The translations under genes and the position numbers were made by a program. Source: Raja brachyura (taxonomy: Eukaryota). Taken from it: DNA of 64,000 bases. The notes under the pieces are model-generated. The model was not told where the DNA came from and did not search any database. It saw only the letters and a program-made list of their open reading frames with translations. Shown here one piece after another: positions 1 to 13,499 of this stretch; within the stretch, counting starts at the first letter, position 1, and every line of letters starts with the position of its first letter. The DNA lies in assembly GCA_963514005.1 (NCBI GenBank), contig OY740785.1, forward strand, positions 108,066,001 to 108,130,000, written 5' to 3'.

Positions 1-184
1 ATTATTTTCTGTGTGTAGGCATTTTATCTGTTCATTAAACCTTTTTAATCCAAAGCTAGAAGATTGACAAGGCAAAACATTTATGTGCTGTTACATTTTT
101 TGAATGTAAGTTGCTTTTATATACTGGTTATAATGCATGTATGTACACTATATAGACACAACAGACACTCAAATACATATGTGT

Positions 185-330
185 TTAAGAAAGAACTGCA
201 GATGCTGGAGAAATTGAAGGTAGACAAAAATGCTGGAGAAACTCAGCGGGTGAGGCAGCATCTAGGTGACCGATTCCTTCGCTCCATAGATGCTGCCTCA
301 CCCGCTGAGTTTCTCCAGCATTTTTGTCTA
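185..330 (-). mobile_element. Fold-back Penelope-derived short element (44-bp perfect inverted repeat plus ~36-nt tail)
   Basis: 221-264 is the exact reverse complement of 287-330; 185-220 is the family tail seen in other copies. Confidence 0.8.
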
Positions 331-334
331 ACCT

Positions 335-385
<51 letters not shown>
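335..385. repeat. Compound (CA)8(TA)15 microsatellite
   Basis: Directly visible. Confidence 0.97.
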
Positions 386-509
386 GCTCAGTAAATATAT
401 TACATAACAAATAAAGATTGATTGTGCTCTTTATGGGGGAAAGAAAAGACCGATCCTGGTATAGGTGTATTCATTTTAACAGCTCACAATGATTAACAGT
501 AATGAATAC

Positions 510-661
510 CTGAACAGATAGAGGTTTTGTTGCTCAATGTTTGGCAGGGTGAGCAAAGAGGAGTCATGTACCCATCTGCCTTGAATCACCATCTGAATCA
601 GGTTGATTATGTTCAGTGCTGTCACAAGCCAGCCATTATTTGCAGCCACATCCAGCATAGC
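510..661 (-). CDS. ASCC3: ASCC3 internal coding exon (Sec63-2 region: AMLDVAANNGWLVTALNIINLIQMVIQGRWVHDSSLLTLPNIEQQNLYLFR)
   Basis: Translation resembles vertebrate ASCC3 (MLDVAANxGWLV..QMVIQGRW..DSSLLTLPNIE); acceptor tttatttag|GCT at 662-663, donor AG|GTATTC at 508-509; 152 nt, begins in phase 0 matching the upstream exon. Confidence 0.95.
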
Positions 662-1647
662 CTAAATAAAGTCAACAGAGAAGACAAAAGATATTATGTT
701 CAATTTGAGGATAAGAAACGCATGACAAGCCAATGGATGATATTTTAATTCCACATTTCCTATTAAAACGGAGGTATTACATTGATCACTTAATAGTAAG
801 TAATTACATATATCAGAACAATTGAGCCAGATCCTTGAGCCAAATCTGTGCAGATGCTGGAAATTTGAAATAAGAACAGAAAATGCTGCTAACATTCAGC
901 AGGTCAGGTAACGTTTATGGATAGAGAACCCGTTAATGTTTCCTCTATTTAACTCATCTCACAAATGGGGTCTCCAATTTAACTGGTTGTCTTTCTGCAG
1001 AACATGCCTGAACTGCTGAGTAGGTCTGGCAATTATTTTTGACCACAGACCTTTTTATTGTTATGATGTATTTGTTTTTCAGCTCCTGCTTAAATTATTC
1101 CAATTTTATATATATATCTTTCAACTATATATATATTTTATAAATTCAAATTATATATATTTTATATGAACTATTCCAATTGATATATATATTTCTACAT
1201 GCCTGTTAACTGGAACCATTGTGACTGCAGCAGTTCCAATCCTTCTAAGCGGCATTCAAAACCCTGTGTCCAAGTTCCAACCCTCCACATCTATCTCTGA
1301 ATGTCTGACATTATAGATCAGAGATAATCTTATCGCCACTTACAGGAGTGATTGTGATCTGATACTCGATTAATGTTCAACTTTTGCATGTAAAAATGTT
1401 TCCACATTTTTAAAGATATATTTCTCAGAAGTTTTATTATGTTAAGTAAACAGAGAATAAAACCCCACTTTCACTGGTAGATGCCTCCTTATTGCAGACT
1501 CTATTCTTTCTCCAATGATCCCTGCCCCTTCCATTTAAATCACAGCATTTCAGTTAGCTGCAAATTTATTAAGAATTTTCAATGTTCTTTTCCTAACTGG
1601 ATTCTTTTCACTATAGATGCCCAATCTCTTAAATATTCAATTCTATG

Positions 1648-1991
1648 TCAGGGTGGCGAAATTGCCCTCTGGTTTACACTCAGAAGGTGGATGGCATAAC
1701 CGGGAGGGAGCTGGAGACATCGGACGCGAGGAGCAAGGGCCGGTAGGAGGGTGAACCAGGGTAATGCATCCAGCGCCTTCAAAGTTGGCGATCCCAGGAC
1801 ACAAAGATGGCCGGGCGAGGAGAGGAGAGGGACGTCGGTTCGCGGGAACTGCTCCAGTACATCGAGCGAGTGAGCCGGCCAGACTTCCGATTTTGAATAA
1901 TGCCGTTCAAACATGGCGGCACTCGCATGTGTAATGTATGCAAAAAGAATTTCACTGTGCAGTACCATATGTGACAAATAAAGCACCATTG
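1648..1991 (+). mobile_element. CpG-rich non-coding retroposon with ...GTGACAAATAAA tail (Rex1/L2-type tail)
   Basis: GC/CpG-rich body ending aagaatttcactgtgcagtaccatatgtgacaaataaa, a tail type shared with Rex1-like remnants in this window. Confidence 0.45.
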
Positions 1992-2166
1992 AACTGTTGG
2001 TTTTTCGAACATCTACATATTGTATGTAGAACATATCTTGATTGGTTGCATCTTTGGACTGGCGTGGCACTTCCAAGAGAAAGGAATGCAAGAGGCTAGA
2101 GAGTGGTGGCCCCTTCCCAACCGTTGGAAGCATCTACATGGGGCCTTGTCTCAAGACGGGGGCATC

Positions 2167-3274
2167 TATTGGGTGTAGGGTTTTGACATGGATAGAAAAT
2201 TGGTTGGCATACAAGAAACAAAGAGTAGGGATTAACGGGTCCCTTTCAGAATGGCAGGCAGTGACTAGTGGGGTATTGCAAGGCTCGATGCTGGGACCGC
2301 AGCTGTTTACAATATACATCAATGATTTAGATGAAGGAATTAAAAGTAACATTAGCAAATTTGTAGACGACACAAAGCTGGGTGTCAGTGCGAACTATGA
2401 AGAGGTTGCTATGAGGATGCAGGGTGACATGAACAGGTTGGGTGAGTGGGCAGATGCACGACTGATACAGTATAATGTGGATAAATGTGAGGTTATCCAC
2501 TTTGGTGGCAAGAACGTGAAAGCAGATTATTATCTGAATGGTGTCAGGTCAGGAAAAGGGGAAGTACAACAAGACCTGGGTGTCCTTGTACATCCGTCAC
2601 TGAAAGCAAGCATGCAGATACTACAGGCACTGAAGAAAGCTAATGGCATGTTGGCCTTCATAACGAGTATAGAAGCACAGAGGTCCTTCTGCAGTTGTAC
2701 AGGGCCCTGGTGAGACCACACCTGGTGTATTGTGTGCGGTTTTGGGCTCCTAATTTGAGGAAGGACATTCTTGCTATTGAGGGTGTGCTGTGTGGGTTCA
2801 CGAGGTTAATTCCCGGGGTGACAGGACTGTCATATGATGAAAGAATGGAGCGACTGGGCTTGTATTCATTGGCATTTAGAAGGATGAGAGGCGTTCTTAT
2901 CGAAACGTAAAATTATTGGGAATGAACGCTAGATGCAGGAAACATGTTCCCAATGTTGGGGGAGTCTAGAACCAGGGGCCACATTTTAAGAAGGGGTAGG
3001 GCATTTAGAACTGAGATGAGGAAAATCTTTTTCACACAGAGAGTTGTGAATTTGTGGAATTCTCCACCACAGAAGGCAGTGGAGGCCGATTCGCTGGATG
3101 CATTCAAAATAAAGTTAGATAGAGCTCATAGGGCTCGCTGAATCAAAGGATATGGAGAGAAGGCAGGAACAGGGTACTGATCGTGGATGATCAGTCATGA
3201 TCACATTGAATGGCAGTGTTGGCTCGAAGGGCCAAATGGCCTACTCCTGCACCTATTGTCTATGTATCTATGTA
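2167..3274 (+). mobile_element. CR1-clade LINE, 5'-truncated, frameshifted RT/C-terminus
   Basis: SGVLQGSMLGPQLF, FVDD, CR1 C-terminus RVVNLWNS, 3' UTR ending (TCTATGTA)n-like repeat. Confidence 0.92.
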
Positions 3275-3279
3275 TCATC

Positions 3280-3660
3280 AAGGATCCTACCATCATTGCC
3301 ATGCCCACTTAATGTTTGTACCGTCAGGCAGGAGATAGAGAAGTCCCACACCACCAGGTTGTTCTACACTTACAATCATCAGGTTCCTGAACTAACCTGC
3401 ACAACCTTAATCTTACCTCAGCAGTGGAACACTACGCACTATTTCTTGTACTATAATGGACATTTTCTAATTTGTTGTGCACTATTGTTTTGCAATGATT
3501 TTCTTTTAACTGTCTTGTGGAATATTTGTAATTTACGTATCATTTTTGTATTTATATGCTGTCTTAGTCTATGAGCCTGAGATGCTGCTGCAAGCAAGAT
3601 TCTCACTGTGCCTGTACCTCTCTGTTCTTGTGCATTTGACAGTAAACTCAACCTGACTTT
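3280..3660 (+). mobile_element. Rex1/Babar-type 3' remnant
   Basis: atcatcaaggatcc..cacc motif and ttgacagtaaa tail shared with other Rex1-like remnants. Confidence 0.55.
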
Positions 3661-4235
3661 CTTTGACAAAGGCCTGAGCAGTCCCCTCTATCACCACCAT
3701 CCTTCGTCTTGTCGAACTTGTGCTCAGATTGAACTCCCACATCAGATATGAAATTATAATACTCATTTGACTGCAATTTGTACCAGTCTCTTTTGAGGGA
3801 TACGTGGAATACGTGTACTTGGATGACTGTATTAGAGTTTTTGTTCTCATACGGAAACTCTACTGCCATTTCCACCCCCATTCCTGCTTCCATGTTCTTC
3901 ATCTCTGACTCTTCCTTTCCCTTCCATTTTTCAACCTCTATTTCCATTCCACTGTATAAAATAGGAACCAATAGTGGGGTGTAAAGTAGGTGCTGGCTCG
4001 AAGGGCTGAATGGCCTCCTCCTGCACCTATTTTCTATTTTTATTTCCTATGTTTATCGCAACCTCACACAACTGCTGACTCATAGCGAGAAAGATTACAA
4101 TTTTCACTTTCCCCCCTTTTTCTTACAGAGGTTTAGTTATACTGTGCGGCTTGTTTCAACTTTTCAGCTGCACAGCTTTCAAGCATTTAAGTTTATCGTC
4201 ATGGGTAGCGTGAAAATCTGGAGAAAGCCGAGTTA

Positions 4236-4728
4236 AGGGGCTGTTCCACTTGGGTGACCTTTGGCGAGTTTAGAAGAGTTTGAAAAAAATGACATGTTGA
4301 AGACATCCTTCAACTATGTAGAAGACCTCCTTTGATTATGTTGAAGACCAGCTTCGACTAACTTCGGGAAAATTGGACACCAAATAGTGGAGAGTGAAGA
4401 CGACCTTCACCTCGCTTCGATCTCCCTTCGACTATGATGACTAACTACGACTACCTTCGACTACCCACGACTAACATGCCGACCTACTACGACTAAACCT
4501 ATGAGTAAAAATAGTTTAAATTCTTCCATGGCAACCTTTTTTTACTCAAGGGCATTTTTCGTACACATTGAAAAAATGCCGTGACCTAGCTGAGGCCTCG
4601 AGTACGCGGAGACCACTCTCGAGCATGAAGGAGAGTTACGAAGACCTCCTACAACCATGCTGCGAGTATGAATCTAGGGCAAACTCTCCAGAACTCGCGG
4701 ATTAGGTCGCCCAAGTGGGACAGGCCCT
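4236..4728. mobile_element. PIF/Harbinger-type MITE (493 bp), TTA TSD, inserted in a Penelope-derived remnant
   Basis: TIRs AGGGGCTGTTCCACTTGGGTGACCT / AGGTCGCCCAAGTGGGACAGGCCCT; TTA on both sides; flanks rejoin to family consensus GAGTTACTCCAGC. Confidence 0.85.
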
Positions 4729-5489
4729 TTACTCCAGCCTTTTGTGTCTTTCTTCGGTGTAAACGAGCATCTGCAGTTCCTTCTTACACGTATGCCGACC
4801 AGTGTGAGGAGTGCAATTAAGGAAATCGATTAGTCTTGAACAGGAAATTCACAATTCCGGATTCATGCCAGAATCGCAAACACACAGGTATTTGCGCACG
4901 AGAAATGCCAACAGCTCCTAGAGTGGAACTGACATCAGTTCCCTGCATCTTCCCTGCCCATTATACTGCTGCCACTAAAATCTAATTGATATTACATAAC
5001 TGGAGTTTTGAATTAGCCATTAATTTGTTATTTACTGCATAACTATCATAGGTTAGATACATCGAGAGTTTAATTGGTGTTTAGAATTATAGGGGAAAAA
5101 AAACGCAGTAAGCTTCACAGGCCTCCCTCTGCTTGAAATCAACTTGAAAAGGGCATTCTGGCTTAAAGATTGGATGAAAAAAAGATTCATAATTCTGAAC
5201 AAGCTACATGGGTTTTAAATTGAGAGATTGTTCTTGTCAAAACCATCCCAGTATTTATGATCTGCTTTCGGACAGAGATCAGAATGGCTTAAGCCAAATG
5301 ATTCTTGGATTTTTTGATTCAAAGTTGTACAGCTTATGACAATACTGACTTGAGATAAAGTCAAGTGGATAGAAATTGAACTAGCCTTGCACGTTTAAAT
5401 TCACAATATAAGAATGGGTATGCACAGTACTCAGCTTCTCAAGATTGGTTTAAAATTAATTTGAATGGAATCCCCCCCCCCCATTTCGG

Positions 5490-6195
5490 ATGAACCTCAC
5501 CTACTTCATCTGGTGTTCCTGCGTCCTCCTTTACATCGGTGAGACCAAGTGTAGACTAGGTGAATGTTTTGCCGAACACTTGAGTTGTTGGATCTACCAG
5601 TTGCTAAGCATTTTAATTCCCCTTCCGACCTTTCTGTCCTGGGCCTTCTCCAGTACCAGAATGAGGGCACACGCAAACTGGAGGAAGGGTACCTCATATT
5701 CTGCTCGAGTAGCTTACAACCTAACGGTATGAACAATGAATTCTCAAATTTCAGGTAACTAACTTAGAAACACATACCCTCCCCCATATTTCCCCCTCCC
5801 CTTCTTCCCTGTGGCCCACCTAGATGCACCCACTTCTCCGCTTCCATCTCCCCTTGTCCGCTTCCACCTATATTCCTTCCTCTACCTTCACAATTCGCAC
5901 CACTTCTATCTGCATTTCACACTATTTGTCTCTTCATCTCTGGCCTTTGTCCAGTCATCTACCTTTCACAAATTTCACAAATTTCCCTCTCCTGTATCCA
6001 AATATAATTTGCCAGGCTTTGCCTTGTCCCCATCTCTCTGCTAACTTTATACCACCCCCCCTCCCCCTCACCCACCACAATTAGGCTGAAGAGGGATCCT
6101 GACCCAAAGCATTCTCCAGAGGTGCTACCGTGCCCGCTGAGTTACTCCGGCGCTTTGTGTCTTCTTTTGTAAACCAACATTTGCAGTTCCTTCAG
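5490..6195 (+). mobile_element. Penelope-like element 3' fragment (degenerate GIY-YIG endonuclease, CT-rich UTR, decayed hammerhead)
   Basis: LLYIGETKCRLGECFAEHL / LPVAKHFNSPS..RKLEEGYLIF..LQPNGMNNEFSNFR; family tail at 6085-6195. Confidence 0.85.
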
Positions 6196-7009
6196 TCTCC
6201 ATTCCACACAAGAACCTTGTTTAAAAATCACTTTAATGCAATTCTACTCTATAAATCCGAGATTTTCACAAAGTATGCAGTAGAGGAATTAATATTATGG
6301 GTCCACAATGGCAGCTGGCCACTAACATACATGGGGGATCTGCTTCATGTAAAGACTGCAACCTCTACTCACTGCCATTCATATTATCATAGCAGTAGCC
6401 CAAGCTATTTAATCAGATCTCGCAGCTTTTGTTAAAGGACCTGTCTGCAAGAAGAGTGCCTATTTTAAATTTTAATGAAATGCTCAGCTGTCCCCAAAAG
6501 CCTTTTATTCCTCACCGTCCTGTTTATTTGCAAGTCCTGGCTTTAGGTGTAAAGGGTCAGTGATTAGATGAAAGAAGCAATTTTTCCCCCCTCTGCTTAC
6601 TGCGTCCAGAAAAAAATTGATTATCTTTATACACAGCAGCTCATTCAAAAGTCATACAAGTGCCGGCTCAATGTACAGAAGTTTATATTAGACTGTTTAT
6701 GTAATCACAACTTAAAGAAGAAGCAAGAGGGCTGCATTTACTGAAGGCAAACAAGCCACTAAAATCCTTTTTAAACAGTGGTATTGTTTACACATGCAGG
6801 CAGCAATTCAATTAAAATTTGATGCATTCTTCCGGTATTACTCCCAGCCATTTCTGGTATTACACATGTAATTTCTTGCCCACTGTTCATACATGAACAA
6901 CTTCTACATAATATATAAATGAATATATAGTGCAGAACCCGCTGCTGTGGGTGGGTGGTTGAGGCAGTTAGGATTGTGGCATTTAAGAGACTTTTTATGT
7001 TCAACTGTT

Positions 7010-8400
7010 CGAGGAGCAGAATAAGGCCATTTGGCCCATCAAGTCTACTCCGCCATTCAGTCATGGCTGATCTATCTTTCCCACTCAACCCCATTCTCCT
7101 GCCTTTTCCCCATAACGCCTAACACCCGTACTAATCAAGAATATATCAATCTCCACCATAAATACATCCATTGACTTGGCCTCCACAGCCTTCTGTGGCA
7201 ATTCCACAGATTCACTACCCTCTGACTAAAGAAATTCCGCCTCATCTCCTTTCTAAAGGTATGTATTTTTATTCTGAGGCTGTGGCCTCTGGTCCTAAAC
7301 TCTCCCACTAGTGGAAACATCCTCTCCGCATCCACTCTATATTCAGGCCTTTTGGACAGGCATATGGATATACAGGGATTCCCTCAGAATCCTCTCCAGT
7401 AATTTTCCTAACAGATATGTTAGGCTTACTGGTCTATAGTTCCCTGGCTTTACATTGCAGCCCTTCTTAAATGGAAGCCAACATTAGCCACCTTCCAGTC
7501 CTATGGTATCTCACTCATAGCGTCAGAGTCTTTACAGCATGGAAACAGGCCTCTCCCTCGTCCCAACTTGCCCACACTGACCGACATGTCTCATCTACAC
7601 TAGTCCCACCTGCATGGGTTTTGCCCATATCCCTCTAAACCTGTCCTATCCATTCACCTGTCTAAATGCACCTGTCTAATCCCTGCCTCAATTACCTCCT
7701 CCGACACCTCGTTCCCACCACCCTTTCTGTGAATTGGCCTATACTTGAATTTACCCCTCAAGTTCCTATTAAACACTTCCCCCCTCACCTTAAATCTACG
7801 TCTTCTGGTTCTTGATTCCCCAATTCTGGGCAAGAGACTCAGCATGTTTACCCAATCTATTCTTCTCATGATTTTGGACACCTCTATAAGATCACCCCTC
7901 AACTTCCTGCGCTCCAAGGAATAGAAACCCAGCCTACTCAACGTCCCCCTATAGCTCAGGCCATCGAGTCCCGGCAATATCCTCGTAAATCTTCTCTACA
8001 CCCTCTCCAGCTTGACAACATCTTTCCTATAACAAAATTGAACACAATAATCTAAATGCAGCCTCACCAACATCTTATACAACTGCAACATGACCTCCCA
8101 ACTTCTTTATTCAATACACTGACTGATGAAGGCAATGTCACCCATGTCTAATGATGAATCATATAAAATAGCCGTGGCTCCTGCAATTCTTCCTCCAGCT
8201 TCCCAGTGTGTCTCAGGATATACTTGATCAGGCCTGAGAGATTCATCTACTTTCATATATTTTAGGACATCCAGCACCTCCTCGGCCATAATACAGACTG
8301 TCCTCAAGACATCACCATTAACTTTCCCAAGTTCCATAATCATGCCTTTCTTTGCAGTCAAAACAGAGGAGAAATATCTCCGGAGGACATGGACAGGTGA
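7010..8400 (-). mobile_element. Cluster of CR1-clade LINE fragments
   Basis: ORFs 7135-7335, 7654-7977, 8107-8403 carry CR1 ORF2 motifs (RTRGHSLRI, YSLERRKLRGDLIEV, FSSVLT). Confidence 0.85.
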
Positions 8401-8555
8401 CACTTCAGGTCAGGACCCTTTTGCAGTCTGAAAAAGGGTCGCAACCCAAAACGACACCTATCTAAGTCCTCCAGGGATACTGCTTAACCCGAGGAGTTAC
8501 TCCAGCATTTGGTGTTCTAAGCACCATTCCAGTATCTGCAGTTCCTTGTGTCTAC
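8370..8555 (+). mobile_element. Degenerate fold-back Penelope-derived short element
   Basis: ggtgacacttcaggtcaggaccc..gtctgaaaaagggtcgcaacccaaaacgacacc..gagttactccagca..tctgcagttcc. Confidence 0.6.
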
Positions 8556-8599
8556 AATATTTGAATAAATTATTAGACAAATTATTTGATACATTCAGA

Positions 8600-9460
8600 C
8601 AAAAGTGGTGGTGCTGTGCCACAAGACCTGCTGTCCTTGTGTACTAGTGGCTGAAAGCAAGTATTCAGATGCAGTATGCAGTTAGGATGGCAAATGGTCA
8701 TCCCTGCAACAGGATGTGTACAGGAGGAAGGATGTCTTGCTGCAGCTGTTGAAGGCTTGGTCAGACCCCATCAGCAAGAAAATGAAAGACCCGCAGATGC
8801 TGGAAAAGGGCCCCAAACCTGAAACACTAACTGTTTCTTTCCCCATAGATGTTGCCTGTCAGCTACATCATTCAGAATTTTTCGTTTTTATTTCTGCCCC
8901 ATATCTATTTTTATGTGCAAGTAAGGATGCTCTTACCAGAGAGGCAATGCAACAAAGTTTTACCAGACTGAATCCTGGAATGGCAGAACAATGAGAAATA
9001 GGGAATAAATTGCCCTATACTTGAATTTACAAAAGATGAATGGAATGGGAAGATTGGGAAAAAGGGAAGACTGGGCATACACTGGAATTTACAAAAAATG
9101 GGATAGATGTCATTGAAGCTATGACATTCTAACAGGCGTGCACCAGATGTTCCCAGTGGTTCGGGTGTTCACAACTGTGAATCTCAGCCTCAGGATATGG
9201 GGTACAACAGTTAGAACAAACCAGGAGACATTTACTACACTTGAACCTATGGAACTTTATACCATGGAAGGCAAATAAGGCCAAATCATTAAATATATTC
9301 AAGAAATAGGTAGATATATTTCTTACTGGTAAAGATATCAAGGTAGATGGGCATAAAATTGAAATCAATTACTTAGGTGGATGATCAGCAGTAATCACGT
9401 TGAATAGCAGAACAGATCTGAAAGGCCAAATGGCCTACTGATGCTTCTGTTTTATGTACT
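8600..9460 (+). mobile_element. Old CR1 remnant
   Basis: YRRKDVLLQL, SFTRLNPGMA and decayed CR1 3' UTR. Confidence 0.6.
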
Positions 9461-10829
9461 TTATCTGCTTTCTATATCAAAGAGTCGAAATTATTAGATT
9501 GGAGCATTGTTATCATTATCAGCTCAATTTGTTAATACCACAGCATGAAATTTATGCAAATGGACCAAAATAGTCATTAAACTGGATAAAATAAATTGGA
9601 TAAATAGCGATAAAACGGTTCTATGTTCAATTGTTTCAAAGAGACAAAAATATTCTCCTCTCCTGTTGCTTGCACAGTGGTGCATTACTGTGAGTGAATG
9701 TGAATAAATGACTTGCATCTGAGCATATCTTATAGAAACGTTGTGCAACGTCCGAGCGACTTTTTCTAACACACATTTTCTCAAATTAATGATGCTTCTT
9801 TGCAATTAAATGATTTTAAAAAAGGGTCCTGTTGATGACATTTGCTCTTTTACCACAAATGCAGCTGGCAGCACAGTCTCGCTTGTTTTAAGTTCTGCTA
9901 TTGTCTGTTGTTACTTTGTGAACCTTCATCTAGATAGGTTACCAATCAGGAAGCTCAGCTGCTGTCTAACAACGTTAATTAATCAAAAAGTCATTTCCTT
10001 GCTGTAACTATGACTAAAAACCACTTCAAGTATGCCAGCAAACCTACAAGTTAATCAAAATGCTAATGCTGTACAAATTAAAGTTGTGATTAACATTTCA
10101 CAGTAGCTGCTTGAACAAATTGATCACACAAATGGGTTACACATTACTCATTTCCTCCCAGACCGAAATGTAAAAAGGTTTGTTATGTGTTGAAGATGGA
10201 TTGCTCATACACATCCTATCGCCATTAAACTGATAAGGATAGAGCATTTTAAAAACACGTACAGAAATTCAACATATAGAATTTAATGTATGGAATTCAC
10301 TAGTTTTAGGATTTTACAATTATGTTCAACAAAATGGTGGTCATTATTAAACAGTTCGATAAAGACCTGAGCAAAACCTCCGACTAAAACCCATAGACTG
10401 AGCTGAGCATTGCCAAGCTGAGTAATTAACACATTAAATTGTTGGAAAGAAAAAACAAATCACACTCTTGATTGGCAGTGGTTCCTGAATCAAAGCCCAC
10501 TCTGGAAAGTCGAAGGCTGTCCTCACTTAGAACTCAGTGACCCATCAACAGATAGCATCAGCACCCTGACAATGAGTCACTCGTAGTTCCTCTATCTTTG
10601 GAGCTGGCGAGGGAAGTTTCAAGCATGAGGCAACAACACTTATTAAAGCCATATTTGTAGCTTTCGTACATGTCCTCAAAAGCAGTTTTCAAAAATAAGC
10701 ATGATTCTATTGCAGCCTTATCTTTACAAATCCCAAATGAGAGAACAGTGTGCCAAATATATTCATTATGTCTATTAATTCGGTAAACTGTCCAGTATTT
10801 ACATTTGTGGAGGGCAGATTCTGTGCCAG

Positions 10830-11250
10830 TTACTGGTGCGATCCTGACTACGGGTGCTGTCTGCACACAGTTTATACGCTCTCCCCGTGACAGCGTGGGT
10901 TTCCTCAGGGTGCTCTGGTTTCATAGAAACATAGAAAATAGGTGCAGGAGGAGGCCATTCGGCCCTTCGAGCCAGCACCGCCATTCATTGAGATCATGGC
11001 TGATCGTCCCCTATCAATAACCCGTGCCTGCCTTCTCCCCATATCCCTTGACTCCATTAGCCCCGAGAGCTCTATCTAACTTTCCTCCCACACTCCAAAG
11101 ATGTACAAAATTGTTGGTTAATTGGCTTCTGTAAATTGTCCGAAGTGTGTAGAATAGTGCTAGTGTATGGGGTGATTGTTGGTCGGCATGGACGTGGTGG
11201 GCTGAAAGGCCTGTTTCCACACTGTATCTTTAAAGTTTAAAGTAAAGACT
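10830..11250 (+). mobile_element. HE1-like tRNA-derived SINE interrupted by an antisense CR1 3' tail (about 10922-11080)
   Basis: atcctgactacgggtgctgtc..gcgtgggtttc body, (TAAAG) tail; inserted ATAGAAAC CR1 tail flanked by TTTC. Confidence 0.75.
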
Positions 11251-11309
11251 GTCATGTGGCAACATTCACACATGTTCAGTTTGGGTTTTACCAGGACCAG
11301 GGAAAACAA

Positions 11310-12165
11310 AAAGGTCCTTGGACTCACAATGTCTGTGCCAAATATGATGCCAAATTAAACTAATCTCTTCTGCCTGCATACAGTCCATTTTCTTCCACTC
11401 CCTGCATATTCATGCGCTTACCTTAAAGCCTCAAACGACATTATCATATCTGCATCCACCATCACTCCAGAGAGCACCTTCCAAGTACCAACCACTCTGT
11501 GTAAGAAAAAAACCTGCCCCACACAATCTCCTTTAAACTTTCCCCCTCTGACTTTAAAGCTATGCCCTCTAGTCGTTGATATGTAAACTCTTGGAAAAAG
11601 ATTGCGCCTATCTACCCTTTTCCTGCCTCCCATGATTATAGATACTTCTACCAGGTGTCCCCAGCCTCCAATGCTGCAGAGAAAACAAAGTCTAACCCCT
11701 CCTTATGGCTAATACTTTCTAATCCAGGCAGCATCCTGGTAAACCTCCACTCCATCCTCTCAAAAGCTTCCACATCCCCTTCTAATGTTGTGACACAAAC
11801 TGGATGCAATACTCCAAATGTGGCCTCACAAAAGTTTTAGAAAGCTTCAATATGAAGTCCTAACTCATCAACTCAATGCCCCGATCAATAAAGGCAAGTG
11901 CACCATACACCTTCTTTACCACTCTCCACTTGTGTTGTTATGGACTTGGACTCCAAGATGCATCAATGCAGTTATGGGCCTTGTTGTTAACTGTGTACTT
12001 CTCCCTTACATTCAATCTCTTAAAGTGCAATATCTCAAACTTTATTGGACTAAATTCCACCTGCCATTTCTCCGTCCAAATCTATAACAGGTCTCTGTGT
12101 TACTATATCATTTGACAGCCTTCTTCACTGCCCACAGCTCCACCAATTTTGGTGTCATCTGATAA
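11310..12165 (-). mobile_element. CR1-clade LINE remnant
   Basis: TTRGHSFKVRGGKF, ADDTKIGG-like sequence at ~12140-12160. Confidence 0.75.
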
Positions 12166-13249
12166 CATCTGTGGGAAGAGAAACACCGTCAATGTTTCAA
12201 GATGAAGACTCTGAAATGTTAGCTATGTTAATCTTCCCACAGGTACGGCCTGACCTGTTGTGCATTTCCAGCATTTTCTGTTTTTTATTTCACCAGGTCT
12301 ACTTGCCTTCAGACCTCATCGGTGTCTTACTCTAAACATGAACAAAATAAATGAACTCAAGGCAAGATGAGAAAGACTGCTCTGGATGTCAAGACAGTAG
12401 GGGAAGCAAGGAAGGTAACAGACACTGGTGTAGGAAACACATCTGCTGACTCCACTGTTAGGTTAATGCAAAATAAGTGGCAGTGACCATCGGTCCCTGA
12501 AAGGGTCATTAGTTAGGTCATATAATGATGTAAACTGACCTGGTGCCTCCTCCACTGTGTTTTTTTGATGATATCCTGAGAAACTAATTATCATCTTTTC
12601 AGCTTTCCACATTATAAAATAAACTAAATAAGTTCATTTTTAAAACGCATCATTCTTCCCTCAAAACAATTCACGGAATATGTTCTTGAAATAAAACTGC
12701 TGGAATAATTAAGTCTTAGCAAAGCAAAGCTTAGCAATAAAGCAAACTAGCCAGGATAAACACATTCTTTCTTAGCTGTGGACACTGTTGAAATTGCCTG
12801 GCCAAGTCTGGATGCGCAAGTTGCAAGGTCCTTACTTCCGTTTAGTAAAGTTAAATAATACTCTCAGCATTTAAGTTAAAGGCAACATTAGAGGCAGGTA
12901 AGTAACTTGATACTTATTCAATACTTCATAATATAAATCTCAATATAAACCTAAAACATCGCCCCCTGCCTCCTTCCCCTCAGCACTTCCACCATCTCCC
13001 ATCACTAATTCACCCTGCCCCTTCTCTATCCTCTGTATATTTATCTCCCACCCAGATTGTCTTGCTGCCCTTTTAACCCCTCTCTTTCCCCTCCCGTCTG
13101 TTTTTATATTTCACACCTCCACATTTTTTTTTTTTAACGCCCTAATGTCTCAATTTCACCTCTCCCCTTTATCACTTACTTCGCCCATGTGTCAATCATG
13201 CACCCCCCCCCCCCCCCCCGCCCTCACCTGTGTCCACCTATCACTCGAA

Positions 13250-13452
13250 GTCCAAGAGTAACACAGCAGATAAGGCAGCATCTCTGGAGAAAAAGGATGG
13301 GTGACGTTTCGGGGTTGAGACCCTTCTTCAGACAAGACGGGTCCCAGCCCAAAACATCACCCAATCTTTTTCTCCAGAGATGTTGCCTGACCTGGTGAGT
13401 TACTTTGTGTCTATCTTCCAGATATACCAGCATCTGCAGTTCCTTTCTACAC
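13250..13452. mobile_element. Fold-back Penelope-derived short element with hammerhead core (minus 13303-13331)
   Basis: Inverted arms; minus strand reads CTGAAGAAGGGTCTCAACCCCGAAACGTC. Confidence 0.75.
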
Positions 13453-13499
13453 ATTCCACATCACTTGCTCGGCCTTGCGCCACTCCCATCTCTCTTACG

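Noticed and set aside
64-414. Opposing ORFs with similar peptides
   Set aside because: Consequence of the DNA palindrome and microsatellite, not coding
4400-4500. Short CGACTA repeats as a CRISPR-like array
   Set aside because: Irregular 6-mers without spacers inside a TIR-bounded MITE
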